Virus record (IMG/VR): IMGVR_UViG_3300043673_000060
Direction: 5' to 3' (one strand)
DNA length: 59,088 bases
Source: an uncultured virus (IMG/VR IMGVR_UViG_3300043673_000060)
Lineage: Duplodnaviria; Heunggongvirae; Uroviricota; Caudoviricetes
Shown here: piece after piece, positions 37,699 to 46,332 of the stretch
Layout: the number at the start of each line of letters is the position of its first letter
Numbering within the stretch: the first letter of the stretch is position 1
The notes under the pieces: model-generated
What the model was told of the DNA's origin: nothing
Seen by the model: the letters and a program-made list of their open reading frames with translations, nothing else
Database searches by the model: none
Program-made: the position numbers and the translations under genes

Positions 37699-38295
37699 TC
37701 ACGACGGGTTCCCGCCGGTCGCCCACACGAGCATGCCGGACGGCGTCGGCGAGATCGTCCACGGCAACTGCTGGGTCGTCTGGGCCTGCACCTTGGTCAA
37801 TTGCTTGCCGTACACCAGTACGTAGCGCCACAGGCTCGTCGACGTGCTCGGCCAGCCCAAGGGCGCTGCGCCCTTGTCGAACTGCTGCAACACCGTGACG
37901 CCAAGCGGAGCGATCTTGTTGAGGTACAGCGCGTAGCTCGCGAGCGTCTCGCTGGGCTGCGGCGGCACCTGGACCAGGTACACCTCGCCGGGTAGCAGCG
38001 TAGGCGGCGACGACGGAAGGAGCTTGTACGGGCCGACGGTCTGCAGCGTGGTGGACAGAGGCGGAGGCGGAGGCGGAGGCGACTCTTTCGACACGCACGC
38101 CGTGCCATTCCACACCTGTCCGACGGGGCACCCGCCAGCCGGCGGCTGCGGCCCCGTGCCCTTCACGGGCAGATTCGGCGTTGGCGCGGGTGTCGATGAC
38201 CCGCTTCCCTTGATCGCCAGCGTCACGCCGACAGCCGCGAGCGCCACGGCTGCGCTTCCGCCGATCCAGAGCGCGCGTTCGGTGGTCTTCTTCAT
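37699..38295 (-). CDS. N-terminally anchored Pro-rich membrane protein
   Basis: Basic N-terminus, TM helix, Pro-rich linker. Confidence 0.65.
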   Translation of the reverse strand: MKKTTERALWIGGSAAVALAAVGVTLAIKGSGSSTPAPTPNLPVKGTGPQPPAGGCPVGQVWNGTACVSKESPPPPPPPLSTTLQTVGPYKLLPSSPPTLLPGEVYLVQVPPQPSETLASYALYLNKIAPLGVTVLQQFDKGAAPLGWPSTSTSLWRYVLVYGKQLTKVQAQTTQQLPWTISPTPSGMLVWATGGNPS

Positions 38296-38309
38296 CTGAT
38301 CTCCAGCGC

Positions 38310-38340
38310 GGAAACCCCGCCGTTCACGGCGGGGAGGTAG
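38310..38340 (+). mobile_element. IS200/IS605-type terminal hairpin remnant (or a rho-independent-like hairpin)
   Basis: GGAAACCCCGCCGTTCACGGCGGGGAGG, a perfect CCCCGCCG/CGGCGGGG stem resembling IS605-family end motifs. Confidence 0.45.
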
Positions 38341-38367
38341 GCGGCCCCGCGAAACAGGACGGTGGCA

Positions 38368-38922
38368 TTACGGGGTCACGAAGTTGACGACGAGGGTCGA
38401 GGTTTGCTGCGCTCCGGTCGAATCGTACCAGGTGAACGTCAGCGTCGTTGTTCCGAGCGAGCCAGCCGGCGCCATTGATATGCCCGACGCTCCAGCTTGG
38501 GTCGAATAGCTCGGGATAACAGCGGTGTTCGAGCTGGCTACATTCACGATGACAGGGGCGAGCGTTCCGATACCTGCCGGCGGCTGCATCGAGAGTCCGC
38601 CCAGCGGATACATGCTCGCGGTGTGCAGTGTGACGCTGCCCATGTTGCCGACGGCGAGCGTCCCGCTAGGCGCATCCGACGATCCGGTCAACGCTGGAGC
38701 GGTGAGCGCCGGCTGTACTAGGTTCGATGGCGGCCCGGACGGCCCGGACGGCGTCTGCGATGGCGGCCCGGACGGCGTACCGGACGCGCCCTTCTTGTCG
38801 CCGAGGTAGATGGCGGCGCCCACGGCGGCTGCAGCTGCGGCGGTCGCAGCGACGATCCAGCCGACGCGACGCGTGGCGGGATGCTTGGCGACGCGCCGAG
38901 TGGTGGTTGCGAGAGATGCCAT
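38368..38922 (-). CDS. N-terminally anchored membrane protein (N-terminus paralogous with 38983-39546)
   Basis: First 44 aa identical to 38983-39546. Confidence 0.7.
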   Translation of the reverse strand: MASLATTTRRVAKHPATRRVGWIVAATAAAAAAVGAAIYLGDKKGASGTPSGPPSQTPSGPSGPPSNLVQPALTAPALTGSSDAPSGTLAVGNMGSVTLHTASMYPLGGLSMQPPAGIGTLAPVIVNVASSNTAVIPSYSTQAGASGISMAPAGSLGTTTLTFTWYDSTGAQQTSTLVVNFVTP

Positions 38923-38982
38923 GACTTCAGACTCCCATCAGCGATCCAGAGCGCGCGTTCGGTAGTTCTTCTTTCATCGACG

Positions 38983-39546
38983 TCAGGCCTTCGGCGTCGC
39001 GGCAGGCGCCCACCCTGTCAGCACCCACACCATCGGCGGCGTGGCCGACGGCGACGTCCCAAGCGCCCCGAGTACGAGACTGAACGCCGCGTTGGCGACG
39101 CCCGAGGCACGGTACGCGCTCGCACCGAACGGATCCGCCGGCCAGAACGACGGCGCCACGGTTCCCGTCTGGTACGCCTGCGCGCCCGTGACGGTTCCGG
39201 CGTTGGCTGCGGCGTTGAGGCCGTTGACGATCGACGTCACGTTCGGGTCGCTCATGCTGTCGGCGAAGAGGAAGCTCGCGCCAGCGGGGATGTTCGCCAT
39301 GTACGTGCCGGGAAGCTGCGGATTCGCGACGGGCGTCACCTGCGTCCAGAGCGGGATGCTGCCGGCGGGCGTACCGGGAGGCGCAGCGGGCACTGCAGGC
39401 GTACCGGACGCGCTCTTCTTGTCGCCGAGGTAGATGGCGGCGCCCACGGCGGCTGCAGCTGCGGCGGTCGCAGCGACGATCCAGCCGACGCGACGCGTGG
39501 CGGGATGCTTGGCGACGCGCCGAGTGGTGGTTGCGAGAGATGCCAT
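38983..39546 (-). CDS. N-terminally anchored membrane protein
   Basis: MASLATTTRRVAK N-terminus and TM segment. Confidence 0.7.
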   Translation of the reverse strand: MASLATTTRRVAKHPATRRVGWIVAATAAAAAAVGAAIYLGDKKSASGTPAVPAAPPGTPAGSIPLWTQVTPVANPQLPGTYMANIPAGASFLFADSMSDPNVTSIVNGLNAAANAGTVTGAQAYQTGTVAPSFWPADPFGASAYRASGVANAAFSLVLGALGTSPSATPPMVWVLTGWAPAATPKA

Positions 39547-39550
39547 GACT

Positions 39551-40102
39551 TCAGACTCCCATCAGCGATCGGTAGGTCAAGAGATCGAGTGTGCCAGGTC
39601 CAGGGACCTGCAGGTTCTTGCTCTCCTGGTAGCACGTGACCGCGATCGGCAGGCCGCTGCCGAGGGTGTTCGTCAGGCTCGCGGGGCTTGTGATGCCAGC
39701 GTTCTGGATGTCGGTCATCCCGTTCGGGAAGACGTTGGGGCAGCTTCCGTATCCTTGGACCACGTACGCGTAGAGCGCGTTCTGTACGGCAGCCTGCTGT
39801 GCTGCCGAGAGCGAGTTGAACACGTCGCCCGTGGTCGGAAGCTGCGCGGGGGACGGCCCCGGCGGCGTGACGCCCGGGGGCGGAGTTACTCCAGGAGTCG
39901 GCGCAGGCAGCGCAGGCGACGCGCTGGCCTTCTTCTCGGTCAGGTAGATGCCCGTACCGACGGCGGCGACACCCGCGAGCGCGAGAGCGCCCAGCCAGAT
40001 GGCGGTGGAGCCTGCGGGGCGTCCCGAGGAGCCACGCGCCCCACGCGGGCCACGTGCGGAGGTGGGTCGACGAGAGGATTTCTTGCTGCGGCGGCTTGCC
40101 AT
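39551..40102 (-). CDS. N-terminally anchored protein, possible peptidoglycan-binding-like C-terminus
   Basis: Basic N-terminus plus TM; C-terminal YQ...L...G.LD..T pattern; promoter TTGCAG-N18-TAGGCT. Confidence 0.6.
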   Translation of the reverse strand: MASRRSKKSSRRPTSARGPRGARGSSGRPAGSTAIWLGALALAGVAAVGTGIYLTEKKASASPALPAPTPGVTPPPGVTPPGPSPAQLPTTGDVFNSLSAAQQAAVQNALYAYVVQGYGSCPNVFPNGMTDIQNAGITSPASLTNTLGSGLPIAVTCYQESKNLQVPGPGTLDLLTYRSLMGV

Positions 40103-40171
40103 GGTTAGCAGCCTACATCTGAAGCGTTGCCGACTGCAAGCCAGCTGGCAGATCTACGATGCGTTCGGTAC

Positions 40172-40810
40172 CTAGCTCCCCGACGCAGGGTCGCTGATCA
40201 CGGTGGTGTTGGTGCCGGCCGGAACGGTCGCTGCACCCGAGATGTCGGTGCTGCCGGTGTAGCCGGCGCCCCACCACGTGGTCGAGTCGGGCGCGGTAAC
40301 GCCGTTCCAACCAGGCGGGTTGGCGAACGTGTACGCCGCGTTCCAGTTGCTGGACATCGGCACCGGCGGCGAGACGCTTGCCAGAGCGTTCTTCACGGCG
40401 GCGTACGTCTTTTGTCCGGGCCAACCATCAGCCGTGAGCCCCGCTGCTGACTGCAGGGACTTGTAGTACGGGACGTTCGCTGCGGTGTACCCGGCAGCAT
40501 CCTGAGCCTTGTTCGCGTTGACTGCGGCAGCCTGCAGGGCGGTGTACGTCGTCGTCGGCCCCGCGGGTCCCGCCGGAGTCGTCGGCCCCGCGGGTCCCGC
40601 CGGAGTCGTCGGCCCCGCGGGTCCCGCCGGAATGGCCGGCGTCGCGTTCGCGCTCTTGTTCTTGAGTAGAAGCACCGCTGCGATCACGCCTGCGGCGACG
40701 ACTCCGGTGCCCGCGATCCATGCAGCGCGGTGACCATGTCGCGCGGGTAGATGCACGATGCGCCCCGTGGTACGTGCGCCGCTCGAACGACCGCTGCGTC
40801 GTGTTGCCAT
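40172..40810 (-). CDS. N-terminally anchored protein with a peptidoglycan-binding (PG_binding_1-like) motif
   Basis: LQSAAGLTADGWPGQKT motif; 3 x 27-bp tandem repeat at 40551-40631 encoding PAGPAGPTT. Confidence 0.65.
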   Translation of the reverse strand: MATRRSGRSSGARTTGRIVHLPARHGHRAAWIAGTGVVAAGVIAAVLLLKNKSANATPAIPAGPAGPTTPAGPAGPTTPAGPAGPTTTYTALQAAAVNANKAQDAAGYTAANVPYYKSLQSAAGLTADGWPGQKTYAAVKNALASVSPPVPMSSNWNAAYTFANPPGWNGVTAPDSTTWWGAGYTGSTDISGAATVPAGTNTTVISDPASGS

Positions 40811-40861
40811 GGCCGGAGAATACGCCTGAGACGGTCGCGTGTGCAAGCTAGCTGGCAGATC

Positions 40862-41077
40862 TTACCTGCGTGGAGCCGGGTCGAGCTGCGAATTCACCTG
40901 GCGCGCTACGGACCGCGGGAATGCGCCCAGCGAGCCGTTGATCGGTGCGTTCGCGACGCCATTCGCCGCGTTCGCGACGACCGCAACCATGACGATCCCG
41001 GTGACGATCGAGAGGCCGACGATTCCGCCTACGACGTACATCGCCGTGCGGGCAGTGTGGTGCGCGTCGGGGCTCAT
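40862..41077 (-). CDS. Small membrane protein with C-terminal QVNSQLDP tag
   Basis: TM helix; TAATCT box 7 nt before the ATG. Confidence 0.55.
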   Translation of the reverse strand: MSPDAHHTARTAMYVVGGIVGLSIVTGIVMVAVVANAANGVANAPINGSLGAFPRSVARQVNSQLDPAPRR

Positions 41078-41123
41078 GGGGGAAAGATTACGCCCGAGTT
41101 GGGCGGCCGTGCAAGCTGACTGT

Positions 41124-41363
41124 TCAGCGCGGTCTCTTGCCAGCGATCTTGTCCCACGCACGGTCCAAAACTTTGGACATCGTCCAGCCTGTCACCGCGC
41201 TTGCGATCATGGTCGCTACGAGCGAGGTGCCGGCCACGGCGGCGGCGCCGACGGCTACTTTCGTTCCCGTGGACGCCCCTACGCTCGTCGGGGGCGCACT
41301 CGCGCGGGTGCCGATGCGCACCGGGATCCGCACGGGGGATAGTTGCGCGTTCAGTTGCGCCAT
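41124..41363 (-). CDS. Small membrane protein with N-terminal QLNAQLSP tag
   Basis: 79 aa with a hydrophobic helix. Confidence 0.6.
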   Translation of the reverse strand: MAQLNAQLSPVRIPVRIGTRASAPPTSVGASTGTKVAVGAAAVAGTSLVATMIASAVTGWTMSKVLDRAWDKIAGKRPR

Positions 41364-41909
41364 TCAGCGCCTCTTGCGCCCGTACTTCCAGTACGCCGCG
41401 CCGCCGATGGCGACCACGGCGGCCCCTCCAGCCACGTAGTACGCGGTCTTCGACGAAGACTGCTTGGCTGCGTTCGCGGCGTCCAGCGTGGCCTTCGCTT
41501 GCGCAGCCTGCGCAGGAGTCAGGTTAGGCTCGGTCCACCTGATCGGCGCCGGAGTCGGCGTCTTCGGGTTGGTCTTCGGCGGTGGTGCCACTGGCGCCAC
41601 GATGTTGAGCGTCGCGGTCGTTTGGACCATGCCGCCCTGCCACGTGAACGTGATCGACCCCGGGTTGCCGTCGAGAATGAACTGGCACGGGTCGGGGCAG
41701 CTGAACGGAACGACGGACTTCACGCCCGCCGTGTACGACACCGCGACCGGGTATCCGAACGACTGGACGGTCACCGACACGAGCGTATCAGCCGATGCGG
41801 TCACCGTCGCCGTCCCGCCGGCCGCGAGCGACATGACGGCGGCTGCGCCTAGGCCATGCGTACCCGGCGCGCGCTGCGGAATGAGCTGCGAGTTGATCTG
41901 CCCGGTCAT
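41364..41909 (-). CDS. Beta-rich protein with C-terminal TM anchor
   Basis: Start MTGQINSQLIP; tail YYVAGGAAVVAIGGAAYWKYGRKRR. Confidence 0.7.
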   Translation of the reverse strand: MTGQINSQLIPQRAPGTHGLGAAAVMSLAAGGTATVTASADTLVSVTVQSFGYPVAVSYTAGVKSVVPFSCPDPCQFILDGNPGSITFTWQGGMVQTTATLNIVAPVAPPPKTNPKTPTPAPIRWTEPNLTPAQAAQAKATLDAANAAKQSSSKTAYYVAGGAAVVAIGGAAYWKYGRKRR

Positions 41910-42784
41910 CGCCGACCTTTCTTCCTTCCCCACGCCCACCATGCCGCGCCGCCCGCGAGGACAACCGCAGCGCCGCCCGCGACGTAGTATGGCGTCTTGC
42001 TGCTCGTCGTTGTCGCCATCGCTGCGCATGCGCCGGCTGGCGACGGGCCCTGGTCCGTGAACGACACGGTCACGGGCACGGGGGCGCCGCCCGAACCAGA
42101 AACGCTGAACGAGCCGCCCGCCGCGATGTTTTTCGTCGCGCCGCAGTAGTCGAAGTCCACCTGCAATGTGCTCGCGTCCACGTAGTTGACGTTGGCCACC
42201 TGGAACTGGCCCGTGCCGAGGTCGAGAAGCGAGCCGGATCCGTTGAGGTTGGCCTGAATCGTCGGCAGCGTCAGCGGCGCGGTGGGCGAGCCGTAGATCG
42301 CGGGCAGCGGGGCGCCGCTCGCGACGATGGTGACGCGCGTCCGGTGGCCAGAGACGAGCGGGTACATCGAAGCGCCGGTGGTGCCGCCGCTGATGGGGAT
42401 CTGGTGCAGCACTGGTGCTGGCGTCGCGCCGGGCGTCGCCGCTGGCGGTCCGTACCAGACGACGTGAGCGGGGGGCGGAGCCGTCGCCGACGCGCTGAGA
42501 ACTTTGTACGTGTAGGTCGCGCTCCCGAACGGAAGCGGCTCCACGTACGAGAACTGACCAGGAAACAGCTGGTACGGCGTCGTCCCGGTGTACTTGCCAG
42601 TGAAGTTGACGCCGAATCCGCTGGCATTGAGATCCGCCGGGATCGCCAGCGACGGATTGCCGCCCTGCGAGACGTCGAGCGTCATCTGGAATGAGTCGCC
42701 CGGCTGCAACGTAACGAATGACGCGCCGACGCCGACGCGCAGTCCTCGCGGCATCAGCTGGTTGTTGATCTGGGCGGCGACCAT
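41906..42784 (-). CDS. Beta-rich protein with C-terminal TM anchor
   Basis: Start MVAAQINNQLMP; tail YYVAGGAAVVLAGGAAWWAWGRKK. Confidence 0.7.
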   Translation of the reverse strand: MVAAQINNQLMPRGLRVGVGASFVTLQPGDSFQMTLDVSQGGNPSLAIPADLNASGFGVNFTGKYTGTTPYQLFPGQFSYVEPLPFGSATYTYKVLSASATAPPPAHVVWYGPPAATPGATPAPVLHQIPISGGTTGASMYPLVSGHRTRVTIVASGAPLPAIYGSPTAPLTLPTIQANLNGSGSLLDLGTGQFQVANVNYVDASTLQVDFDYCGATKNIAAGGSFSVSGSGGAPVPVTVSFTDQGPSPAGACAAMATTTSSKTPYYVAGGAAVVLAGGAAWWAWGRKKGRR

Positions 42785-44319
42785 CACTTCTTCCTTCCGA
42801 GCAGCTTGGGCATGTGGTGTGGCATGTGAATCTTGCCTCCGGTCTTGCCCCACGCCGTCTTGAGCACAGCCTTCGTCGTCGTTTTCTTGTGGCGAGCGTA
42901 CAGGAATGCGCTGAGCAGACCAACGCCGACGACTCCAGCGGCCCCCAGCGCGACGGTCGAGGCGGTGGAGGAGGACGAGGCGGGGGCGGATTTGCTACCG
43001 ATGCCGCCAGTCAGCGCGGCGTTGGCTCCCCAGCCTGACCACGTTGCCTCCGTTCCATCGACGCGCGTCTTGCTCGGCCCCGCGTTGAGCACGATGTTGC
43101 CGTTGACCAGTACGCCACCGGCCATGTCTCCACCGGACTGTCCGAGCAAGATCGCTGCGTACGGCGTCAGCGACTGATGCAGCAGCGACCAAAGCTGAGG
43201 CGACGGGCACGGCGCGACAGCGCCGAGCGGCGCATCTTGCGATGGCTTGATCGTGACCGTCTGCGAGCTGCCGTGCGCGTTGTTCCATAGGACGAGCGTT
43301 TGCTGCAGCACCGCGACGTCGGGACGTTGCGGCAGGCCGTTGAGACCCCACTCGCGATTGGCCTTCCACGCTGCGAAAAACGCTTGCTGGAACTTCGCGA
43401 GCGCGGCAGCTGGAGACCCGTCCTGCGGCACCGCCTTCGCGATGGCGGCCTCGCACTCCAGATGGTGGTAGACGCTGTTGCCGTTTTCGTAGCAGAGCTG
43501 ATCGATCGGCCTTTTGCCGCTGTCCTGCGGCATCGTGAGGCACGCGTACCACTCGTCGGACACGTTCTGCTGACCGGCGGCCCACCACCACGTCTTCGTG
43601 TCGCCGCCCAGATCGAGCTGGCCGTTCCGGTTGTAGCTCACGAACCAGCCAGCATCGCTGCTGTTGCTGGGGTCAGGGAAACGTCGCCACAGCGCATTGC
43701 TGGGCCCCGTCGGCACCGGCTTGCCCCAGCTCCACGCGTAATTGACCAGGATCGTTGGCGCCCCGCCGCTGCCGTAGTACGGGCAGTTGCCGACGCTGCC
43801 CTCCGGCGTCGGCTGCGAACCGAACATGTTCGAGATCAGACCCTCGACGAGGGCGGCGCCGATCACGATCGCGGCGCCCACGCCGAGCGAAACGGCGCCA
43901 GCGGCAGCAGCAGCGGGTACAACGGAGGTGACGAGCCCGATGACTGCGTTCATGGCCTGCGGAACGGAACCGCTGGACACCGCCGACACGAGCCCCTCCA
44001 CCGTGTTCACGGCGCCAGCGATCGTGTTGCCCACCATCGTGAAGGAAGCGGCGGCGGCGCCGGGGTCCGGGTTCTCGCCGATGATACTGTTCTGCGCGAT
44101 CTGCGTGTACGTCGATACGAACTTGCTAGCGGCGGCGTCGATCTGTGGCTGCGCCCAGCCCTCATTCTGCATCGTCGTCCACACGCCCTGCCATGAAGAC
44201 GGGTCGGTGTTGAGCGCGCTCTGCACGAGCGGCGTGATCGCGGGGGCGCCAAGGCCCGCGCGCCTCGCGCTCGTCGGGGCGAGCTGGTCGTTGATCTGCA
44301 CCTGTGCGAGCCGGCTCAC
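42784..44319 (-). CDS. Large membrane-associated virion-like protein
   Basis: QINDQLAP tag, internal hydrophobic region, C-terminal TM. Confidence 0.7.
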   Translation of the reverse strand: MSRLAQVQINDQLAPTSARRAGLGAPAITPLVQSALNTDPSSWQGVWTTMQNEGWAQPQIDAAASKFVSTYTQIAQNSIIGENPDPGAAAASFTMVGNTIAGAVNTVEGLVSAVSSGSVPQAMNAVIGLVTSVVPAAAAAGAVSLGVGAAIVIGAALVEGLISNMFGSQPTPEGSVGNCPYYGSGGAPTILVNYAWSWGKPVPTGPSNALWRRFPDPSNSSDAGWFVSYNRNGQLDLGGDTKTWWWAAGQQNVSDEWYACLTMPQDSGKRPIDQLCYENGNSVYHHLECEAAIAKAVPQDGSPAAALAKFQQAFFAAWKANREWGLNGLPQRPDVAVLQQTLVLWNNAHGSSQTVTIKPSQDAPLGAVAPCPSPQLWSLLHQSLTPYAAILLGQSGGDMAGGVLVNGNIVLNAGPSKTRVDGTEATWSGWGANAALTGGIGSKSAPASSSSTASTVALGAAGVVGVGLLSAFLYARHKKTTTKAVLKTAWGKTGGKIHMPHHMPKLLGRKK

Positions 44320-44339
44320 ACTGGCAGCCTACCTCAAGC

Positions 44340-46319
44340 TCAGACGGCGGGGAAGGAGCCAGATCCGTGGCCGCTCGGGCTCGCATTCGCCTGCTGGGCG
44401 CCTGCGGGGATGTCCTCGACGACTTGTGCGGGCGTGCCGGCGACGCCGGCCGACAGCTGCGCAGAGCCTGCGGAGCCGGCCGATGCCGTCGCTGCCTTCT
44501 TGGCGAGCGAGCCGATCGCTTCGAACGCGACGCCGACGAGTTTTGCACCCTCTTCGAGCAGGCCGGGGTTGGAGAACACGGCTCCTTCCCAGTCGATCTT
44601 GCCTGTTTCGCGGTTTGGGGTGAACCGCGCCTGGTGGCCGAAAAGTGTGGTGTTCGGTACGTCGATGACATCGTACGGAAGCTGCGGTCCCGCGTCCACC
44701 GGCGGAGTCGGCTCGGGCTCCGGATCCTGGCTGTCCATACCCAGACCCGTCTGCGCGCCGTTCAGAGCCCCGTGCATCTCTTTGACGACGCGCTTCATGA
44801 CGGTCGTCTGCATGTCGGCGACCATGTTGCGCATCTGCAGTTCGACGGCCGACAGCGAATCGCGCGGCGCTCCGACGCCCACCGGCTGCACGGGCGCCGC
44901 CACCGGCGCAACGGGCTGCGGAGCCGGCGCTGGCGCCGCAACTCCGACCGGCATGCACCACTTTCGCTGCGACTCGACCCAAATCTCCCCGTTCGGACCC
45001 AGCGGGGCGGGGGGCGGAGGGATCGGCGCCTGCGCGTGTACGGGCGCGATGGTCTGCGGAGGCGGCGCGCCGAAGCCCGGGGCGTGACCGCCGCCTCGCT
45101 GCTGCCTGTACATGGCGTTCAGCTCGGCGCGCACGTCTTCCAGCTCCTCACGAAGCTCGTCGGCTTCGCTCACGGACGCTCGACGCGGCCATCCGCCATG
45201 CTGCGGGGCCTGCGGGGCGGCCCCGAAGCCCTGCGGAGCCTGCGTGGACGGCGGCGGGGGCGGCGCGGGCGGCTGCCGACGCTCCCCCCGCATGAACTCC
45301 ATCATTTCGCGCACGGCGCCGGACAGCCCCGCGACTTCGGTACGCAGGTGACTGACCTCCGGATCGTGCGAGGGCTGCGACGGCTGCTGCGGGTACGGGG
45401 GCTGCTGGTAGGGCGGCTGCTGCGACACGGGGGCGGCTCCGTAGCCGACGTGCGGCTGCTGGGGTGGCTGGGGTGCGGGCTGAACGTACGGAGACTGCTG
45501 GGGCGCGTACTGCGGCTGCTGCGGGGCGTGGCCATAGCCGGTGGGGGGCTGGCCACCCTGCGCGGACATGCGAGCGCCCTTCATGGCGACGATCTCGCCA
45601 GTGCTGGCGAACGAAAGCGTGAGCCCGCGACCGTAGAAGGTGCCCTGGCGAAAGTTGATGCCGACGTCGTACGTGCACGGGGCGTCCGTCACGGACATGT
45701 GCACGCGCTCGGCGCGCATACGCAGCGCGTCGCCTGGCGAAACGTCGCCGCCGCCAAGCACTTCGTTGCCGGCCATGGTGTCGATGACGTTACGAGCGCC
45801 GGCCACGCTGCGGGCGATGACGATCTTGACGTCGAACGGGGACTTGCCGAGCTTCGCCAGCGAGCGCGGGTGCTCTCCGCCATTCATTTCGTCCCAAACG
45901 AGATCTGCGTAGCTGCTGCACCACGGCGTATCCTTCGCGTCCATCGGCTTCTTCTCCGCTTCCGCTGTCGATCCGTTGCTTGCGGTGCTCCCGTTGCTCG
46001 TTGCCGCTGCGTTTCCCATTCCCACACGCTCTTTCTTGGTGCTGCTGCCGTTGACTTTCGCGGCCGGCGGGGGCGGCGCCACGGGAGGCGGAGGCGGCGC
46101 AGCGACCGTCTCGGGCCCCTCGTCGAGTGGATCGTCGTCGACGACAGCGTGCTCCGCGGACGGCGGAGGCGTCGCAGGCGGCGCCGACGCCGACGCCGCG
46201 ACGATTCGTCGAGCGCGAGCGCCCGGCACGACACGCACGAGGCGCTGCCCACCTACGCCCTCGACCGTGTCCTCGGCCCCGGTCTCGTCGTCGTCGTCGT
46301 CGTCGTCGAAGGATCCCAC
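44340..46319 (-). CDS. Pro/Gln-rich low-complexity protein
   Basis: Acidic N-terminus, PQQP repeats and coiled segments. Confidence 0.65.
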   Translation of the reverse strand: MGSFDDDDDDDETGAEDTVEGVGGQRLVRVVPGARARRIVAASASAPPATPPPSAEHAVVDDDPLDEGPETVAAPPPPPVAPPPPAAKVNGSSTKKERVGMGNAAATSNGSTASNGSTAEAEKKPMDAKDTPWCSSYADLVWDEMNGGEHPRSLAKLGKSPFDVKIVIARSVAGARNVIDTMAGNEVLGGGDVSPGDALRMRAERVHMSVTDAPCTYDVGINFRQGTFYGRGLTLSFASTGEIVAMKGARMSAQGGQPPTGYGHAPQQPQYAPQQSPYVQPAPQPPQQPHVGYGAAPVSQQPPYQQPPYPQQPSQPSHDPEVSHLRTEVAGLSGAVREMMEFMRGERRQPPAPPPPPSTQAPQGFGAAPQAPQHGGWPRRASVSEADELREELEDVRAELNAMYRQQRGGGHAPGFGAPPPQTIAPVHAQAPIPPPPAPLGPNGEIWVESQRKWCMPVGVAAPAPAPQPVAPVAAPVQPVGVGAPRDSLSAVELQMRNMVADMQTTVMKRVVKEMHGALNGAQTGLGMDSQDPEPEPTPPVDAGPQLPYDVIDVPNTTLFGHQARFTPNRETGKIDWEGAVFSNPGLLEEGAKLVGVAFEAIGSLAKKAATASAGSAGSAQLSAGVAGTPAQVVEDIPAGAQQANASPSGHGSGSFPAV

Positions 46320-46332
46320 GTGCGTCCTTTCC

